Shown: positions 1 through 14,163, numbered from the stretch's first letter. The stretch is 64,000 nt of DNA from Adineta vaga (GCA_021613535.1 CP075495.1:15438001-15502000); one strand, 5' to 3'. Notes: generated by a model not told the origin, from the letters alone. Program-made: numbers and translations.

Positions 1-1022
1 TCGTAACACTAAATGATAGATTTGTCGCTAACATACAGAGCGTTCTTGTAAAAAGGAAACTCACTATCAGGATCATTCCAACCACCTGGTCCAGCTTTGT
101 CAGCAAATTGATTGTTCTATATAAGATAAAAAGAAGCTTTTCATATCAAAATGTCTTCTTTACTATATCTATTGTATGAGTCATTGATTCCCAATTATCA
201 GAAATATCGTCTGTTGTTCGCCAACTATTTCCAACATCAGCGGCCCACAATGCAGGTGTATCCACACCCCATTCTATCCAAACGTATAATCACAAGAAAA
301 ACTATACTTTTCCCCTTTTTTAGACATTTAACTTACCACATAACGAATAGAAAATTGGTCGACCAGTGGCATTCAATGCATCACGCATAACTGGATAACG
401 AACTTCTGGTTTAGTACCATCTGTATTACAATTATCATATTTCAAGAAGTCAATACCCCATGAAGCATATGTATTAGCATCCTTTGTTTCATAACCTAAA
501 GAACCAGGTCGACCAGCACATGTCTTATATCCAGCATCTATGAATCAACAAAAGGACATAATAACTAGAGAAAAGAAATCCTTACCAGAATAGAGACCAA
601 ATTTAAGTTTTCGTGAATGGACATAATCAACTAGTGCTCGAATCCCACTTGGGAAAACAATTGGATCAGCTAGAATTGTACCATTGACATCTCGACCTAC
701 TTGCCAACAATCATCTAGGTTAACTAGAATCAACAAAGAAAAGTTTTGTAAGAAAATAAGTATTAGCAAAACAAACTGTATTCATAGCCAGCTGCAGCAA
801 GACCACTATTAATAATAATATCAACCGTTTGTTGAATTCTCTTTTCGGAATAATTACACCAAAAATTATACCAACTATTCCAACCTGAAATGAAATTTTT
901 ATACTTATGACATAAATATTTGTTCTATTTCTACCCATTTGTGGAGTTCTTCCAAGAATTAGTAAGTCCAAGGATAGATTTACTAATGCAAAAATAAAGC
1001 AAAACTTTGCTACGCTCTTCAT
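1..1022 (-). CDS. Alpha-galactosidase (GH27), multi-exon, 3' end runs off the window
   Basis: Spliced reading gives a signal peptide, then LGRTPQMG|[18 protein letters not shown]|[29 protein letters not shown] and GPGGWNDPD, all GH27 motifs. Introns are short GT-AG. Confidence 0.93.
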
Positions 1023-1269
1023 CTAGCACTTTTGAAAAAAAAAGAGTAGCAAAATGCAGATGATATGATACTGTCCTTATCATTTATTTCCTATGTGCCG
1101 CTAAAATTGATAATTATTTGCTGTTCTAATTCAATCAAAAAGGCATTCATCTTAGAAATTGTATTTTATTGTCGAATAATTTTGAATAATAAGTTGATTA
1201 AGAAAGCAATTTAAAGCAAACGAGAATAAAGCATAAAAAGATATTGTTTCAAAAATTACGATTAAAGTT

Positions 1270-4200
1270 TTATTGAGTTTCTGTACTCGAAGACACTCGG
1301 GCGGATCGACGACACTGACGAACAAGCTGAAGAACTATACCTATTCCATGCCAAACAATCAATCGTAAAGCAATTGTTAGTCCACCATAGAGTCCTAATA
1401 AAGTCGTCAATATGTAAATGAAATCATTTTGCTTAACATATGAATATTGACATGTTGCAGGAGCACATTCATGAAAATAACTTGAATAATTTGATATATT
1501 AGACCAAGTTTCAATAAAAAGATTATCAATTAACGAACCAATTGTTGTTGTATTTGATATATGTTGAATATTAGCAGATAAGTTGAGAGCTATTAGTGAA
1601 GTTGAAACATTGATCAATGTTGTAAGTATATTTAGACATGTTTGATCATATAGACATTCAAATGTTGATACACGAAGTCCAAAGACTGCTGAACATCCAG
1701 CATTAAAACCTAAAAAATCAGACTGAGTTGATCGATAAAGTGCCACAAATCTTATTATAATTACCTGGAAAAGTAATTGTAGTATTGGTACTCGGTCTCA
1801 AAAAGTTTAATGTTCTTGAACATGTTGACATGCCTGCAGCACAAATACATGTATTATTATTGTATGTAACTGGAACGGTACGAAATACGTAAGATTCTTC
1901 TAAAGTCGAATATGTCATTTTCCAACTCGACATAAATTGATCTTGAAGTTGATTGGATTGATGTGCATTTATAATAAACGTAAATGTATCACGAAAATTC
2001 ATTGGAGTTTGTGTGATTAAAAGATTTATCATTGAGTTGAGTTGTGAATAAAACAAATTTAATGAAATAGTTTCGACACTTATGAGTTTATTGGATAAGA
2101 AATTAGATTTTGATTGATCGATAACATTCTTAGCAAGATTACACAATGATGATAGAAGACGAAATTGTGTGCCAAGTAGAAACCAATCAGGTACCGACCA
2201 AGTAGAACCCATATTATATAGAATTGTAGACCAATTTGATAAAACAAATTGACTCGAACATATTTGATGCATCATAGGTGATAGATCAAGAAATTTCTTG
2301 AATGGAATAGCAATTTGTGTACAAGGACATGTTAATGTTGTTGAATATTGTGAATAAAGATATTCAAATTGATCTACTGTAGGTGATTGAATAGTAAACG
2401 ATTGTGTCTGTTGACTTAATCCAATGGAAAGTGTTATAATAACAATTGCAAATATGAGTAAAATCAAATAGACTCGACTGGCTAATAATTGATAATCACT
2501 AGTTGATTCTGTCTCATAGAAATTAAAGGTTCTAATACTTTTCCATATATATCTAATGAATTCAAAAAACGAACTATGAGTTGATTTTTTATCTATAAAT
2601 ATAGAATAAGTTTTTTTTCTTAAATTGACATTATTTCTATCTTACTAATTTCATTTTGTTGACAATCGTGACAGTAATGATAAATTCGTCGAATTATTTT
2701 CACTAAATATGGAACAATGATACGAAGAATAACTGTGAGTCCACCTAAGAGACCAATAATATTGGTAATAATGAAGATAGGTTGACGTTTCTCAATAATT
2801 GTGTATTTACAAAATTTCGGTTGACATTGAAGATAATGCGAAGCATAATCAACAGTTTCTGTCCAATCTTCAATAAACAATTTTGAGATAATGATTTCAA
2901 GTGTTGTATTCGGCAAAAATTGACTTTTTAGTAAACGATCAAGTGCTGTTTTGTTTGTTATATTAATTGGCGAAAAATACTTATCGAAATCATAAAGACG
3001 CAAATCAATTAACATTTGAATACATGATTCATTGAAGAAACATTCAAGTGTTGACAAAAGAATTGAATCAATAGGAAAACAGCCAACATTTAAACCAGGA
3101 ATTGTATAATTTGGTAATGCTGTACCAAGATGACAACTTGGTGCTGAACAATAAAATCCTTGTGATTTAATACATTGACTTGATATGCCACATGAACATG
3201 TCTCATTATTATTTGTATAAATTTTCGATTGATATCGAATATTCCATGTACCATTGATCTTCTGTGATCTTGGTACAGCATTAGTTGCACCAGCTACAAG
3301 ATATTGATTTAGACGAATAGTATTGTAGACAAGATTAAATAAGGAACTGAATGATTCTGTTGTCTACATAGAATGAAACAAATCATAAAATATTGAAGTG
3401 AAAAGTTAACATATTATTTCTCAATGTTTACCTGTTGTTTAAATTGAGTGAATAGAGCCAATGTTTGTGCATTGAAATCATCTTGTGTTAATGGTTGAGC
3501 ATTTACAAAATTTGTTCTATTAAATACTTCTGTTGAAGTGATTACCATTTCAGTAGCTAGATCACAAAATGTGTTTAGTTGATCGAAAAATGATTGACCA
3601 GTTATTCGAAAGTCGCTTCCAAAAAAAGATGGAGCATTTAAATCACTTGAATTAATCGATTCGAAAGGCCAATATACGAGCCAACCATCTTGTTGAATAA
3701 ATGTACTTTGACATATTTGATGATAACGTGGTTGAATATTCATTATACTCGAATAAATTATTGAAAGATGTTCACATGGACATGATAATGTTGATGAATA
3801 TTTCTCATGAAGTTCTTCAAATTGTAAATGTGTTGGATTGTCTATAGTAATTGTTGTCATACTTTGAAGAAATGATGAATAAATAGTCAAAATTATAATA
3901 CTTATACAGAGAAAAATGATATAAACACGAGTTGAATAAATTCCATGAAGAACATCGACTAACGTCTTTTTAAACAAATTCAGAGTTGTCAATGTTTCTC
4001 TAACTTTCATATAATGTTTATTGATGCGATCTTTCATACCTTAATAATATGAAGAATAAGAAATATTTGATTGAATAGTAAACAATTCAACTTACTGACT
4101 TTATTTTGATTAACTTCCAGTTTTATTTCATTGATTTCATCGATCATTTTTAATGAATCTTTCTTTCTCATTATAAACAAAATAAGAAATGGTGATAAAA

Positions 4201-5464
4201 TACGTAATACAACGTTAAGTCCACCACAGAGACCAATCACAGTTGTTATCATGTAAATTATACCGAATCTTTGTGAATAGGAATAGGTACATGTTTTTGG
4301 TGCACAAGCTTCAAAATAATCTTGAAAATCAGTTATATTATGAAGAGATTCAATCATTAAATTAATGACTATATCACTAATCAATGTATTTGGATTGTAA
4401 TTAGAAAGATCTTTTGTAATATTCAGTGGATTAATATCAATAAGATTATTTATCGAAGATAATAAAAGATTAAGACATGTATTATTAAAGAAACATTCGA
4501 GTGTTGATGATAGTAACGAAGTTTGTGGAATACAACCCGTTTGCATACCATTAATTAAGAATAAAGCAGATGGATATGGCCAGAATGTTTTATCAGGTAT
4601 TATTGATCCTGCTTTTGACCAATTGAAAATACCCGATGGAAATTTACAGTCGAACGTATCTGAACAACTGCAAGCATCTTCAACATCGATTGGTATTGAT
4701 GATATATTGTATTGATCAATAGAATATGCATAAAATCCAGAATAAGTAATGAATTTAATAGTTCCTGGTGTATTTTGCACATAAAAATTAGTTCGAAGAG
4801 ACGAAAATATATGATTTTGAGTCATACTTAATGAGAGTAATCGATTAGTACGATTGTAATTGATAATTGTTATTGATTGTAATTGTTCAACTAATGTTGC
4901 CATTTGAATGTTAAAAGTATTACGAAATAATGTATGACTTGAGATCATTTCGGATGAGAGAAATTGTTCGATAGCATTGGAAATTGTTGTTTTCGTAGAA
5001 CGACAAAATAAGGCAAGAAATTGAAATTGTGATAAAGCTATTAGACGAAAATCTAATGGATAATTATCTGTCATTGCCATATTGAATAGAGATAAAATCC
5101 ATTTATCACTGATAAATTCACTCGAACATATTTGATGATATTCAGGATTAAATGTAAGAAATTTTTTGTAAGGAATTGAGATTTGTGAACAAGGACATGA
5201 AAATGTTGATGGATATTTCATGGAAAGTTCTTCAAAATTTGTTAAAGATGGTGATGAAATTGTTACAACATAAGTTTGTGAATTGATTCCAGTAGAAATC
5301 AAAAGAATAAGTATTGAAAGAGTAAAGAGAACAACAAAGATTCGTGTAGCAGAAATTTGTTGAAAAAAAGAAAATGATTCTTTATCTTTGTAAAGATTGA
5401 GTTGAACAATACGATCAGTAATTCGTTGAAGAAATTTAGGTGATGTTTTCTCTACAGAAGCCAT
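1270..5464 (-). CDS. 1320-aa membrane protein made of three tandem TM / Cys-rich ectodomain / TM modules (5 exons)
   Basis: Exons 5464-4096, 4039-3432, 3363-2646, 2592-1765 and 1709-1270 join in frame through GT-AG introns of 53-68 bp (3963 nt). Each module repeats CPC, HQICxSxF, GC...ST(L/F)EC, CxPxxCxY and GLxGGL. Confidence 0.85.
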
Positions 5465-6049
5465 ATCTAAAAAAGAACGATACTTTTTTCCATTTATTAT
5501 ATCTTAATTACCAAATAGATTGAAAGCAATGTCAATATAAAACTTCTTTCATTGATACACATTACTTGATGTTGATGGAAATGAAATGAAAAATATTTAT
5601 GACTTTGACCTAAAAGTTTTTCTTTTCTTTTTCTATAGTTACAAGCGACTGATCAACCAGGTACTCAATTTAAATAAATGCGAGGATTTCTTTCTTTTTT
5701 GTTTTAGTATATTGAAAATAAATTTTACTTTTCTATTTAATGACGTACTTAAAAAATGGGTCGTCATACTTTGTACTTTTACCTGTAAACTCAATCTTGT
5801 AATATCTAGATCATTAAAATTTAACTTCTTTACAAAGTATAATATACATTCTGATTTATATAATATGAATTGAAGGAAATATTTGACACACTTCTCTAGT
5901 TATTGACAGAGAATTGAATATTAGTTTGAAATAGTCGAAAACATTATTTACAATTCTATTTAATAAATTTACAATGTTTAAAAAGAAAATAATATACAGA
6001 TTTATTATTAACAACAAAAAAAAGAATAAATATTCTAATCATAAATACA

Positions 6050-7155
6050 TTATTGACTTAATGATATTGAGAGAAATCGTGGTTGACCTGAAAGTCTTGA
6101 ACTAACTGAATTTCGTTGTAATTGACGTGGATGAAAAAGTATTTGAAGTGTTTTTCGACGTATAACTGAACTTGTCATTAATAAAATAGGAAAATGTGAA
6201 CAATGATGAAGAATTTCCATTAATTCTAAAATAAGTGCTAAATTATTTGTTGCCATTTTTTGATTATATACAGCTGATAAAGCATTTAAAACTCCTGTTG
6301 GTGTTGTTAAACATAGAAATGTAATACTTGAAAGAAATACATATAAAATAACACTTTGTTCTTTCCAATCATTATTTTTTCGTGTACCTAAACGATGTCG
6401 ACGTTGATAAGCACGACGACGTAAACCAAATATTAATATAATATTTGTTGAAATAATTAAAATCGGTAAAATAAAATTATTTAAACCAATACTTTCAATA
6501 AAAATTAAATCAGTTAATGAATATGTATAACCATAAGATTTATAAAATGCATTATCACATGAAAATAATATTGTATAATTAGATAATTTAACAAAACAAT
6601 AAGAAACATCATAAGGTAAAAAAAGAAATGGATGATCATAAATTATAACAAATATTATTAAAAATATTGTTATAAGACATGCACGTCGTCGAGTTATTAT
6701 ACAACGACGATCAGTTATCCAAACTTTTAAATTTCGTTCAATACCTTAAAAGAAAAAAAGAAATTTGAATTTCATATAAAAATAGAATATTTCTTTTTAC
6801 CTAATGCACAAAGAAATAAGTAGGATAAATTCTCACTACTTAATGTTAAAAACCAAGTTATTGAACAAACAAGATATCGATGATCAATAAAAAAATAAAG
6901 AATATGTACAATATATTCTGCTATTAATTTGATAATATCAGCTATTGATAAAGCAATAATAAATATTCCATATGGTGTTTTATCAAGAGATTTTGCACGA
7001 TAAAAAAGTAAACATGAACAAAGATTAAGTAAAGTTCCAATAATTGTTAAAAGACCACCAAGAATAAAAAATAATAAAACAAGATATTCATCAAGATTTC
7101 TACATGAAGAAGAATTTATCAACGACGTCAAACGTGTATTATTAAATGTATGCAT
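6050..7155 (-). CDS. Rhodopsin-like (class A) GPCR, 2 exons
   Basis: Intron 6800-6745 restores LCALG|IER (DRY equivalent). TM1 has GTLLN, TM2 has LSIADII, and further hydrophobic helices follow in exon 2. Confidence 0.85.
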
Positions 7156-7704
7156 TTAGTGATGATTTAGAATACGAAATGACAATGTATATATTTTTCT
7201 CTGTCAATAAAGAAAAATAGAGAGAAGAAAAAGAAAAACTGTCAGATAAATACAACGTAGATGCTTAATTAACTCATGAAATGTCAACAAATGTTCACAA
7301 ATATAGCTTGAAGCAAATCTCTTCATTATATTTATTCCTTTTCAACATTTCAAAACTAAAATATGATCAAAACACACAAAAGGAAAACATATGTCGAAGA
7401 TAATATCGACATTTTCAGATAAATAGAAAAGCATATGTTTTTTTTTCTCTTTTTATTCATGATTTTTACTTAGACATCAATGTGATTCTTCTAGAAGAAT
7501 CTTCTTGTTAACACATCAAATATTTTCTCAAAATAATTATATAGTAAAACAGCTTCATATGATTAATCGATTTCCTTTCGATCAAAAATAAAAACTATAT
7601 TTATTAATTCCTAAAAAAAGAAAAAAAACTTCTTATTATTTCTTACAATTAAATACAGTGAACTTAATGATGATTTTTATCCACCCACACACATAATGGT
7701 CAAA

Positions 7705-8490
7705 TTATGTTTTTGCTTTTGGTGATTCAGTAAATGTAATTAATTTTCTATTTGAATCGAAATATTTGATTTTCATTTGTGAGGAATAATTTTGTTGAAG
7801 TTCTAAAAATTTTTTACTAAAACAATTTTTCCATGACCAAAGTTCGACATGCCATTGATGTTTTAAGGCAGTATGAAGTGCTTCGGGAAAACTTGTTCGT
7901 CCAAAATTTGTATTACCATCGCCACTTAATAAAACAAGAACTTGTCGACGATTTTTTGTACTTTGATGATCAAGAATAAGTTTAAACATTTGACAATGTA
8001 ACATATCATCAAGAAATACTTCCTTTAAAATCAATAGAAAATGAAAATTTTGCTTTTGTAGAATTTTTAACTAACTTTATTCGCTGCTGATCGATCACCT
8101 AAAACAACTTTATAATTACAATTTTCCCATTCTTTCCAAACACGTGCATTTCTTGGTGGTTCACTTCCACCTACAAGACGCGTTCGTATATCTCTCGATA
8201 TTTCTCTATCTTCAACTAGATTTACTAATTTCTCCACATTAAGTCGTACAGCTGGATTTGTTTCCATTTTACCCGTTTTTTTATTCAATTCATATTGAGA
8301 ACCGATAAAAATATTTGAATTATCCACAACAATATGAACATCAGTCGACGTTGGACTGGAGGTTTTCTTTAACATAAATAAATATTTTCAAAGGAAATTT
8401 TCTAAAATATATAAATACCTGCCAATAATAAATAACTAAACCAACAATAACGATTCCAATCATCATCAAGAGTTCGATCGATAAAGTCAT
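7705..8490 (-). CDS. NYN-domain (PIN-like) putative ribonuclease with N-terminal TM anchor, 3 exons
   Basis: Exons 8490-8419, 8366-8076 and 8022-7705 are in frame. Motifs are HIVVDNSN, KEVFLDD, VLLSGDGN and VELWSW. Exon 1 encodes the hydrophobic LLMMIGIVIVGLVIYYW. Confidence 0.8.
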
Positions 8491-9679
8491 ATTTAACTAA
8501 GAAAAACCCAGTTATTCAAAACTGCTTTTTTCTAAACAACGCACATTCAGTATCAACGTTGGAAATGCATACAGGTAAAAAGTGAATTGTTTTTTTGTTA
8601 TTCTTCTTATAAAAGAAACGAACGTAAGATGACCTTGTTTCAAATTTGAGATTGAAGTGGGAAAAAAGTAAATGCAGACTGAAAATAAAAGCATAAATAT
8701 GTTAATATTATAGAATAGGAGAGGACAAGAGTACAGAATATGGAAAAATCTTACCATAAAATAATTCTATTTTATACGTCATTTCAATAGATACTCATGT
8801 GTACGAATCCGACGTTGCATTCCGTCGGCAAAATGTCAATTGTTATAAACTTTACGAATATTCTTTTTAGGAGTATTAGATTTTGGTCGTCAGCACCTAT
8901 CGGATTCAATTCAGACTGAAATTTCATATTAGGAAAGCATCAATTAATCAGAATGGACATATAATTTAACAAGAGAAAAATGTATTTGATTAATTTCAAA
9001 GGGATGATGTAATATCAATACTATCTTCTTCGAATTCTTTATAAAACTTCTTTTTTCTTTAGTTAGTACATGTTTGAAAAGAAAGAAATTATAGATACAA
9101 AACAAAACTTTAGTCGTGAACATACTGTTTATTTAAATAACTATACGATCCGAAACAAATGGAAATCTTTATAATTATTATTATTCTCTTACTTCTATTT
9201 CGTTTTTTTTTTATGTTAAATTATTTTATACGTCAATGATAGAAGAGAAAAAGATAAGAATATAATTCTTGTTACTTCTATCTGTGTTTCAACTCTTCTG
9301 TTCCTTGTAATATGTACAATCATTGACGAATAAATTCTATGAAAAGAAATTCATGAGATTTTAAAAGATAATAAAAACTATCTAATTGCATTTTTAGTTC
9401 TTTATATTTCAAATATCAACAAAAGATCACTTCATTTTAATGACTGTGTTCAACTGTTTCAACAGAACATAGTTTTTTTTTCAATGAAACTTTTCTATAT
9501 AATATTTGTTTGAAGCAAAGAGTAAACACAAGAGAAAGTGTTTTTTCTATCGACAAGAAAAACAATTGTGAAATATAATTGATCATTATTTTCATTTGAT
9601 TATTTTTATTTTTCTCAATGAAATTTTATGTAATTTGAAATGATTTTAAAACAGAAATAAAACTTCTTTTAATTTTAGC

Positions 9680-10275
9680 TACTTCATTTAATCAACCAAG
9701 ATTTTGTTCAAATGTAATTTCGAATTCAGATGGAATTACTTTTGATGATATTGAGATTGTTGGACAAAATTCTTATCCTCTTTTTATCGATACAAATAAC
9801 ACAATTTATATCTTTAATAGACACACGAATGAAATTCTAATTTGGTTCACTCAAAGTTCAAATCCAACAAAAAAGATTTCGATAGATTTGTCAGATTCAT
9901 TATCCATGTTTGTGACAGATCTTGGAGATATTTTTATTTATAATGGTTTAGTGAATCGTCGAATTGATCAATGGATTTCAAAGAGTGAAACTTTTATCAA
10001 TGTCATGAATGTTGATTCACTATGTTTTGGTCTCTTTGTTGATCAAAATAATTCTTTATATTGTTCAATGGAAAGTAATCATAAAGTAGTGAAAAGATGG
10101 TTAAATGATATTTCAATAACATCAACAATTGTTGCTGGAAATGGTAGAAGGTTCAGAATCTCATTAATTATCTGTTCCGTATACTCTTAGTTTCAATGTT
10201 GATGGAAATATCTATGTTAGTGATGACGACAATCATTGAATTCAAAAATTTATGTTTAAAAAAGAATCTTGTAGT
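9680..10275 (+). pseudogene. Degenerate NHL-repeat gene
   Basis: Starts SFNQPRFC, contains GLFVDQNNSLYCS and IVAGNG, then a frameshift and in-frame stops (DGNIYVSDDDNH*IQKF). Confidence 0.75.
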
Positions 10276-10987
10276 AAGTAAAACTGAAATAAAGAAATGA
10301 AAAGAAAAAGTTTTATTTTATTAAAAAAAGATCAATTATTTTTTTCTTCTTTTTTTTAAATTTAATTTTAATAAATTGTACGAACTTACGTCTCTAGTAT
10401 AGTATCCCAAAATTTGCTATTTATTATGATATCTTTAGCAAAAATTAATTATCAGAATTTATTGAGACGAACGTTGAAATGTGCAAATATTTTAGAATAT
10501 CTTTTTAATCTAAATTATATTATAAATATAATTTATCAACTTTTGTACAATTTATTCGTGTATTTTCTCGCGTAAAGATTCATGTTCGAAAGGTATTTCG
10601 CCGAAAAGTGATATTTGACGAACAGATTTATATATTCCATTGATCTTTGTTACTTGAGAAAACATCTAGATAAGAAATGATATTTTTTGTTGATGATAAA
10701 TAATTCAATTCGATATAACATGAAGTAATAGAAAAATTGAAATTTACTTTCATTTCATTATAGGATTGAGAATAGTTTTCTTTCGATAATTTTCATCAAT
10801 TAAATCTTGTTTCATCATTATCGATCACTATATATAAAGCCGAGTTGTTCTATATTCGATAGAGAAGTGTATTAGATTATTTACATTCATTTTGTAATGT
10901 ATATTACTGATTATGCAATAATGGAAGTTTTTGAACTATGCAAATGATTTAATTTCTAAACATATTTTTATTACATAGAAAATATAT

Positions 10988-12199
10988 TCAAAACATATCA
11001 ATTCGATTTGATCTATGAAGTCTAATCTTTCTATATTTTAATAATCGTATAAAAGCCATAGCAATAACACCACCAATTAGAATAGTTGAAGTACCAGTAA
11101 TTGCATAAAAAGCATATGGATTTTGTTCAATTCCATTGGTTAAATTCATTCCAAATATTCCAGCAATAAATGCACCCATACCTAATCCCATTGTAATAAT
11201 ATTAATACGAATTTCAAAACTTAAAAGTTCATTTCTAACAGCATCAAGCATAAAACCAGTTGCACTTTCTAATGTATGAACTGAATCTGAAAGATCAGAA
11301 ATTGTTCGACGAACTTCAGCCATTTGTTTTGTACATGCTTCAAGTAAAAGTTCAACTTGAATATGATCTGATAAATCACGTTTTCTTGTATCTGTTAAAT
11401 ACATTCCAATCATATCTTCATCATGTGCAAGAACATCAACAATAGCTTGATGAGCAAGATCAGCATTTCGTTTATATTTATCAACTTTTTCTTTTAATAA
11501 AGCAAGTTCACGTAAACTTCCAATTGTTATTCGACTATAAGCACGTTCACGAACATTATGAAATTCAATTAATAATTCATGTCCTTTTAATCTTAAACCA
11601 TTAGCAACAGCTTCTAAATTAATTTCTGTTATACGAAATTCAAATGGAATTAAATCAACATTCAATAAAGTTTGATTAACAAATCTTTCTTGATAAATTT
11701 TATGAATATAATGAACTGTACGTTGATAAGCTTGAGCAATACGTTCCCAATGAACATTATCTTTGATTCCAAATGGTTCACGAATAATTTTCTCACCAGC
11801 TGGAACAAAAAATATACTTCGATCTAATTCAATTAAAGTTCGAAGTCGACGAAATGAAAATATAATAAATCGATTTTGACGTACATCAATTATTGGTACA
11901 TTAATTAATAAATCTGTATCAATCTTTTGTAAATCACGTGGTTCAAGACCATATTGTTGACAAATATGTGCACGATCAAATGGTCCTTCATATGTATTTA
12001 ATTTACCATCTTTTGTTAATATATATATATCACAATTTAATTTATGATTTATATGTGGAATATATTCTAATTGAGATATTATGGAATCAGATGTTTGATA
12101 TCGATTTAAATTATATAATGGTTTTAATAATTGTAATAAAGTTCTTGTAGATTTTATTTGAATGATATTTTTAGAGAATAAAGACAAAAATAAACACAT
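10988..12199 (-). CDS. Mrs2/CorA-family magnesium transporter, intronless
   Basis: GLEPRDL, PFEFR and ELLLE motifs, plus two C-terminal TM helices carrying the FGMN signature. Confidence 0.9.
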   Translation of the reverse strand: MCLFLSLFSKNIIQIKSTRTLLQLLKPLYNLNRYQTSDSIISQLEYIPHINHKLNCDIYILTKDGKLNTYEGPFDRAHICQQYGLEPRDLQKIDTDLLINVPIIDVRQNRFIIFSFRRLRTLIELDRSIFFVPAGEKIIREPFGIKDNVHWERIAQAYQRTVHYIHKIYQERFVNQTLLNVDLIPFEFRITEINLEAVANGLRLKGHELLIEFHNVRERAYSRITIGSLRELALLKEKVDKYKRNADLAHQAIVDVLAHDEDMIGMYLTDTRKRDLSDHIQVELLLEACTKQMAEVRRTISDLSDSVHTLESATGFMLDAVRNELLSFEIRINIITMGLGMGAFIAGIFGMNLTNGIEQNPYAFYAITGTSTILIGGVIAMAFIRLLKYRKIRLHRSNRIDMF

Positions 12200-12531
12200 T
12201 ATTTACTTTATTTGATAACGAACGAAAGGAATATCGATATATATATATATATATCAATATAGCGTATAGACAATTAGTTGACGACATCTATCATGTAGTA
12301 TAAATAATATTTATTTTATTAATTAAAAAAGAAAATATTTTTCAAATTAATCTTTTATTAAAAATGACTTTGATTTATTTAAATTCTTAATTAAATCTGA
12401 TTGCTTCGTGCGTTTTCTTAATCATCAACTTAATGTCATGTTACCATGAAGATATACTGTTATTTTACAAACATCTTTAATTTGAAGTGATTGAATTTTT
12501 ATTTGAAAATCAATTGTTTATCGTTACAAAT

Positions 12532-13065
12532 ATGTCAAGTAAATTAGGATTTTTTTTATATTTAGAAAAATATTTTTTTGTTTTGTTTTTGTATTTAGAT
12601 TTAATGCCGGATCAATTCAAAGTTGTTATTTATCAAAAAAAGAATCTTTCACAACTTATATCAAATGACTTTATTACGCAATGTGCAACAAAAGAAGAAT
12701 TTTATTATGAATTAGAAAAAGATCCTTCAGCAATAAAAATTTTGGCTTGTACTCAAGAAACATTTCTTAATCTTCCAAGAGATTTAATTCCACCTAATCT
12801 TATGACAATATATTTTCTTATTGATCAATCTGATTTAACTGATTCGTTTGAAATTGTCACAGAAGATTATGAAGGAATTAAAATTTCTGAACAAAATCAA
12901 TTAATGTTACATATATTAAGAAAAATTATACTTTGTTTCTATAGACAATCATTAAATTATAAACAAAATGATGAACATGGTTTGGCAAATGCTTGTCTAT
13001 CTGTTGCAATGGATACACTTCATCAAATTAAACAAAATCAAGAATTTCTTTGTCCTTCAATATGA
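12532..13065 (+). CDS. Uncharacterised 157-aa protein, paralog of 18025-18547
   Basis: 7-nt first coding exon (12532-12538), intron to 12598, 467-nt second exon. Shares LACT, CFY.Q, AN.C and the terminal LCP with the paralog. Confidence 0.75.
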   Translation: MSSKLGFFLYLEKYFFVLFLYLDLMPDQFKVVIYQKKNLSQLISNDFITQCATKEEFYYELEKDPSAIKILACTQETFLNLPRDLIPPNLMTIYFLIDQSDLTDSFEIVTEDYEGIKISEQNQLMLHILRKIILCFYRQSLNYKQNDEHGLANACLSVAMDTLHQIKQNQEFLCPSI

Positions 13066-13309
13066 ACAAAAAGTTCGGCAGGTGAAAATTGTTTATTTTT
13101 ATTGTATTTTGTTTCTTTTTTTCTAAATCGATTCAACTAAGTTATGAGATTAATATTAGAATAGAATTCGATAATTAGTTTTCTCGTTTATGTACATCAG
13201 GATAAAATGAATCTCATTCGAAAGTCATATGTACTGAAAAAAATGTATGAGAAAGAGAAAGATTAAAATTATCACTTGTTTTTCAATGAATTTTTGTATT
13301 TGTATCTAT

Positions 13310-13780
13310 CGAGATTACACGGTTGTAATCAACCTTATGAATCTATAAGAGATATACGGTGATAGGTACAAATATCACCATTTTCATAATCGTCTAACAA
13401 TATTAATATCTATGGACAGCGGATTTTTATCATTCGACAATGTTTTTTATTAGGTAGAAAACTACGAATTGATTCAAAACTGACATCATATTTGGAATCA
13501 ACTTTAAAAACTAAGTTAATTCATAAATATTTTAAATAGTTTCGACAAAAAAATTTAAAATAAATTCCTGTGCTATCCCTCAGAGATGGCCTTAACCAGT
13601 AGTCACCATTTTTTCGATGAATCGACCGAGATATTGATGAAACTAAACTATGTAGAAAATGTCATCACGATCTGACTCTTCTTTCGAAAGTTATCGTGTA
13701 AAAAGACGGACACACTAACCGATTTTAGTAGTTTATTTACTTTTTGACTATACTAAAAAAGAACTATTTATTCCGTTTTC
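13310..13780. mobile_element. Possible Helentron/DINE-like non-autonomous repeat remnant
   Basis: Non-coding, higher-complexity block containing tcgaaagttatcgtg...gacggacacac, which resembles HINE/DINE-type elements, and ending in an A-rich tract. Boundaries are approximate. Confidence 0.3.
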
Positions 13781-14112
13781 TGAAAGAAAGAGCTATACAG
13801 GGTCAACGCCATGAGCTAGAAAAGTACAGAGTTTGACCGAAGGGTAGTCGAGCTCGAATGTGATGTTAGTTTTTTAAAATTTCTATAAAATAAGAGAAAT
13901 ATCGGAGGAGTGAGCCATTGAACAAGAATTATTCGTACATTTATACATTGATTAACAAAATAAATCATAATTAATTGAATTGATCTATTTCTTAACTCTT
14001 ATTAAAATCATATGTGATTCTTTCAGAAAAGGGTTAGCAAATCCAAGAGATGAGCTTGACTTGTTTTACATCGTGATGCACATAGATGACTAACGTTATG
14101 TATTGAATATAT

Positions 14113-14163
14113 TCTTAAGAGGGAAAAAACGAATCCTAGGATGTGTTTTTTCCCCCTTGAAGA
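14113..14163. repeat. About 50-bp imperfect palindrome
   Basis: tcttaagagggaaaaaac-gaatcctaggatgt-gttttttcccccttgaaga, with a perfect atcctaggat core. Confidence 0.7.
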
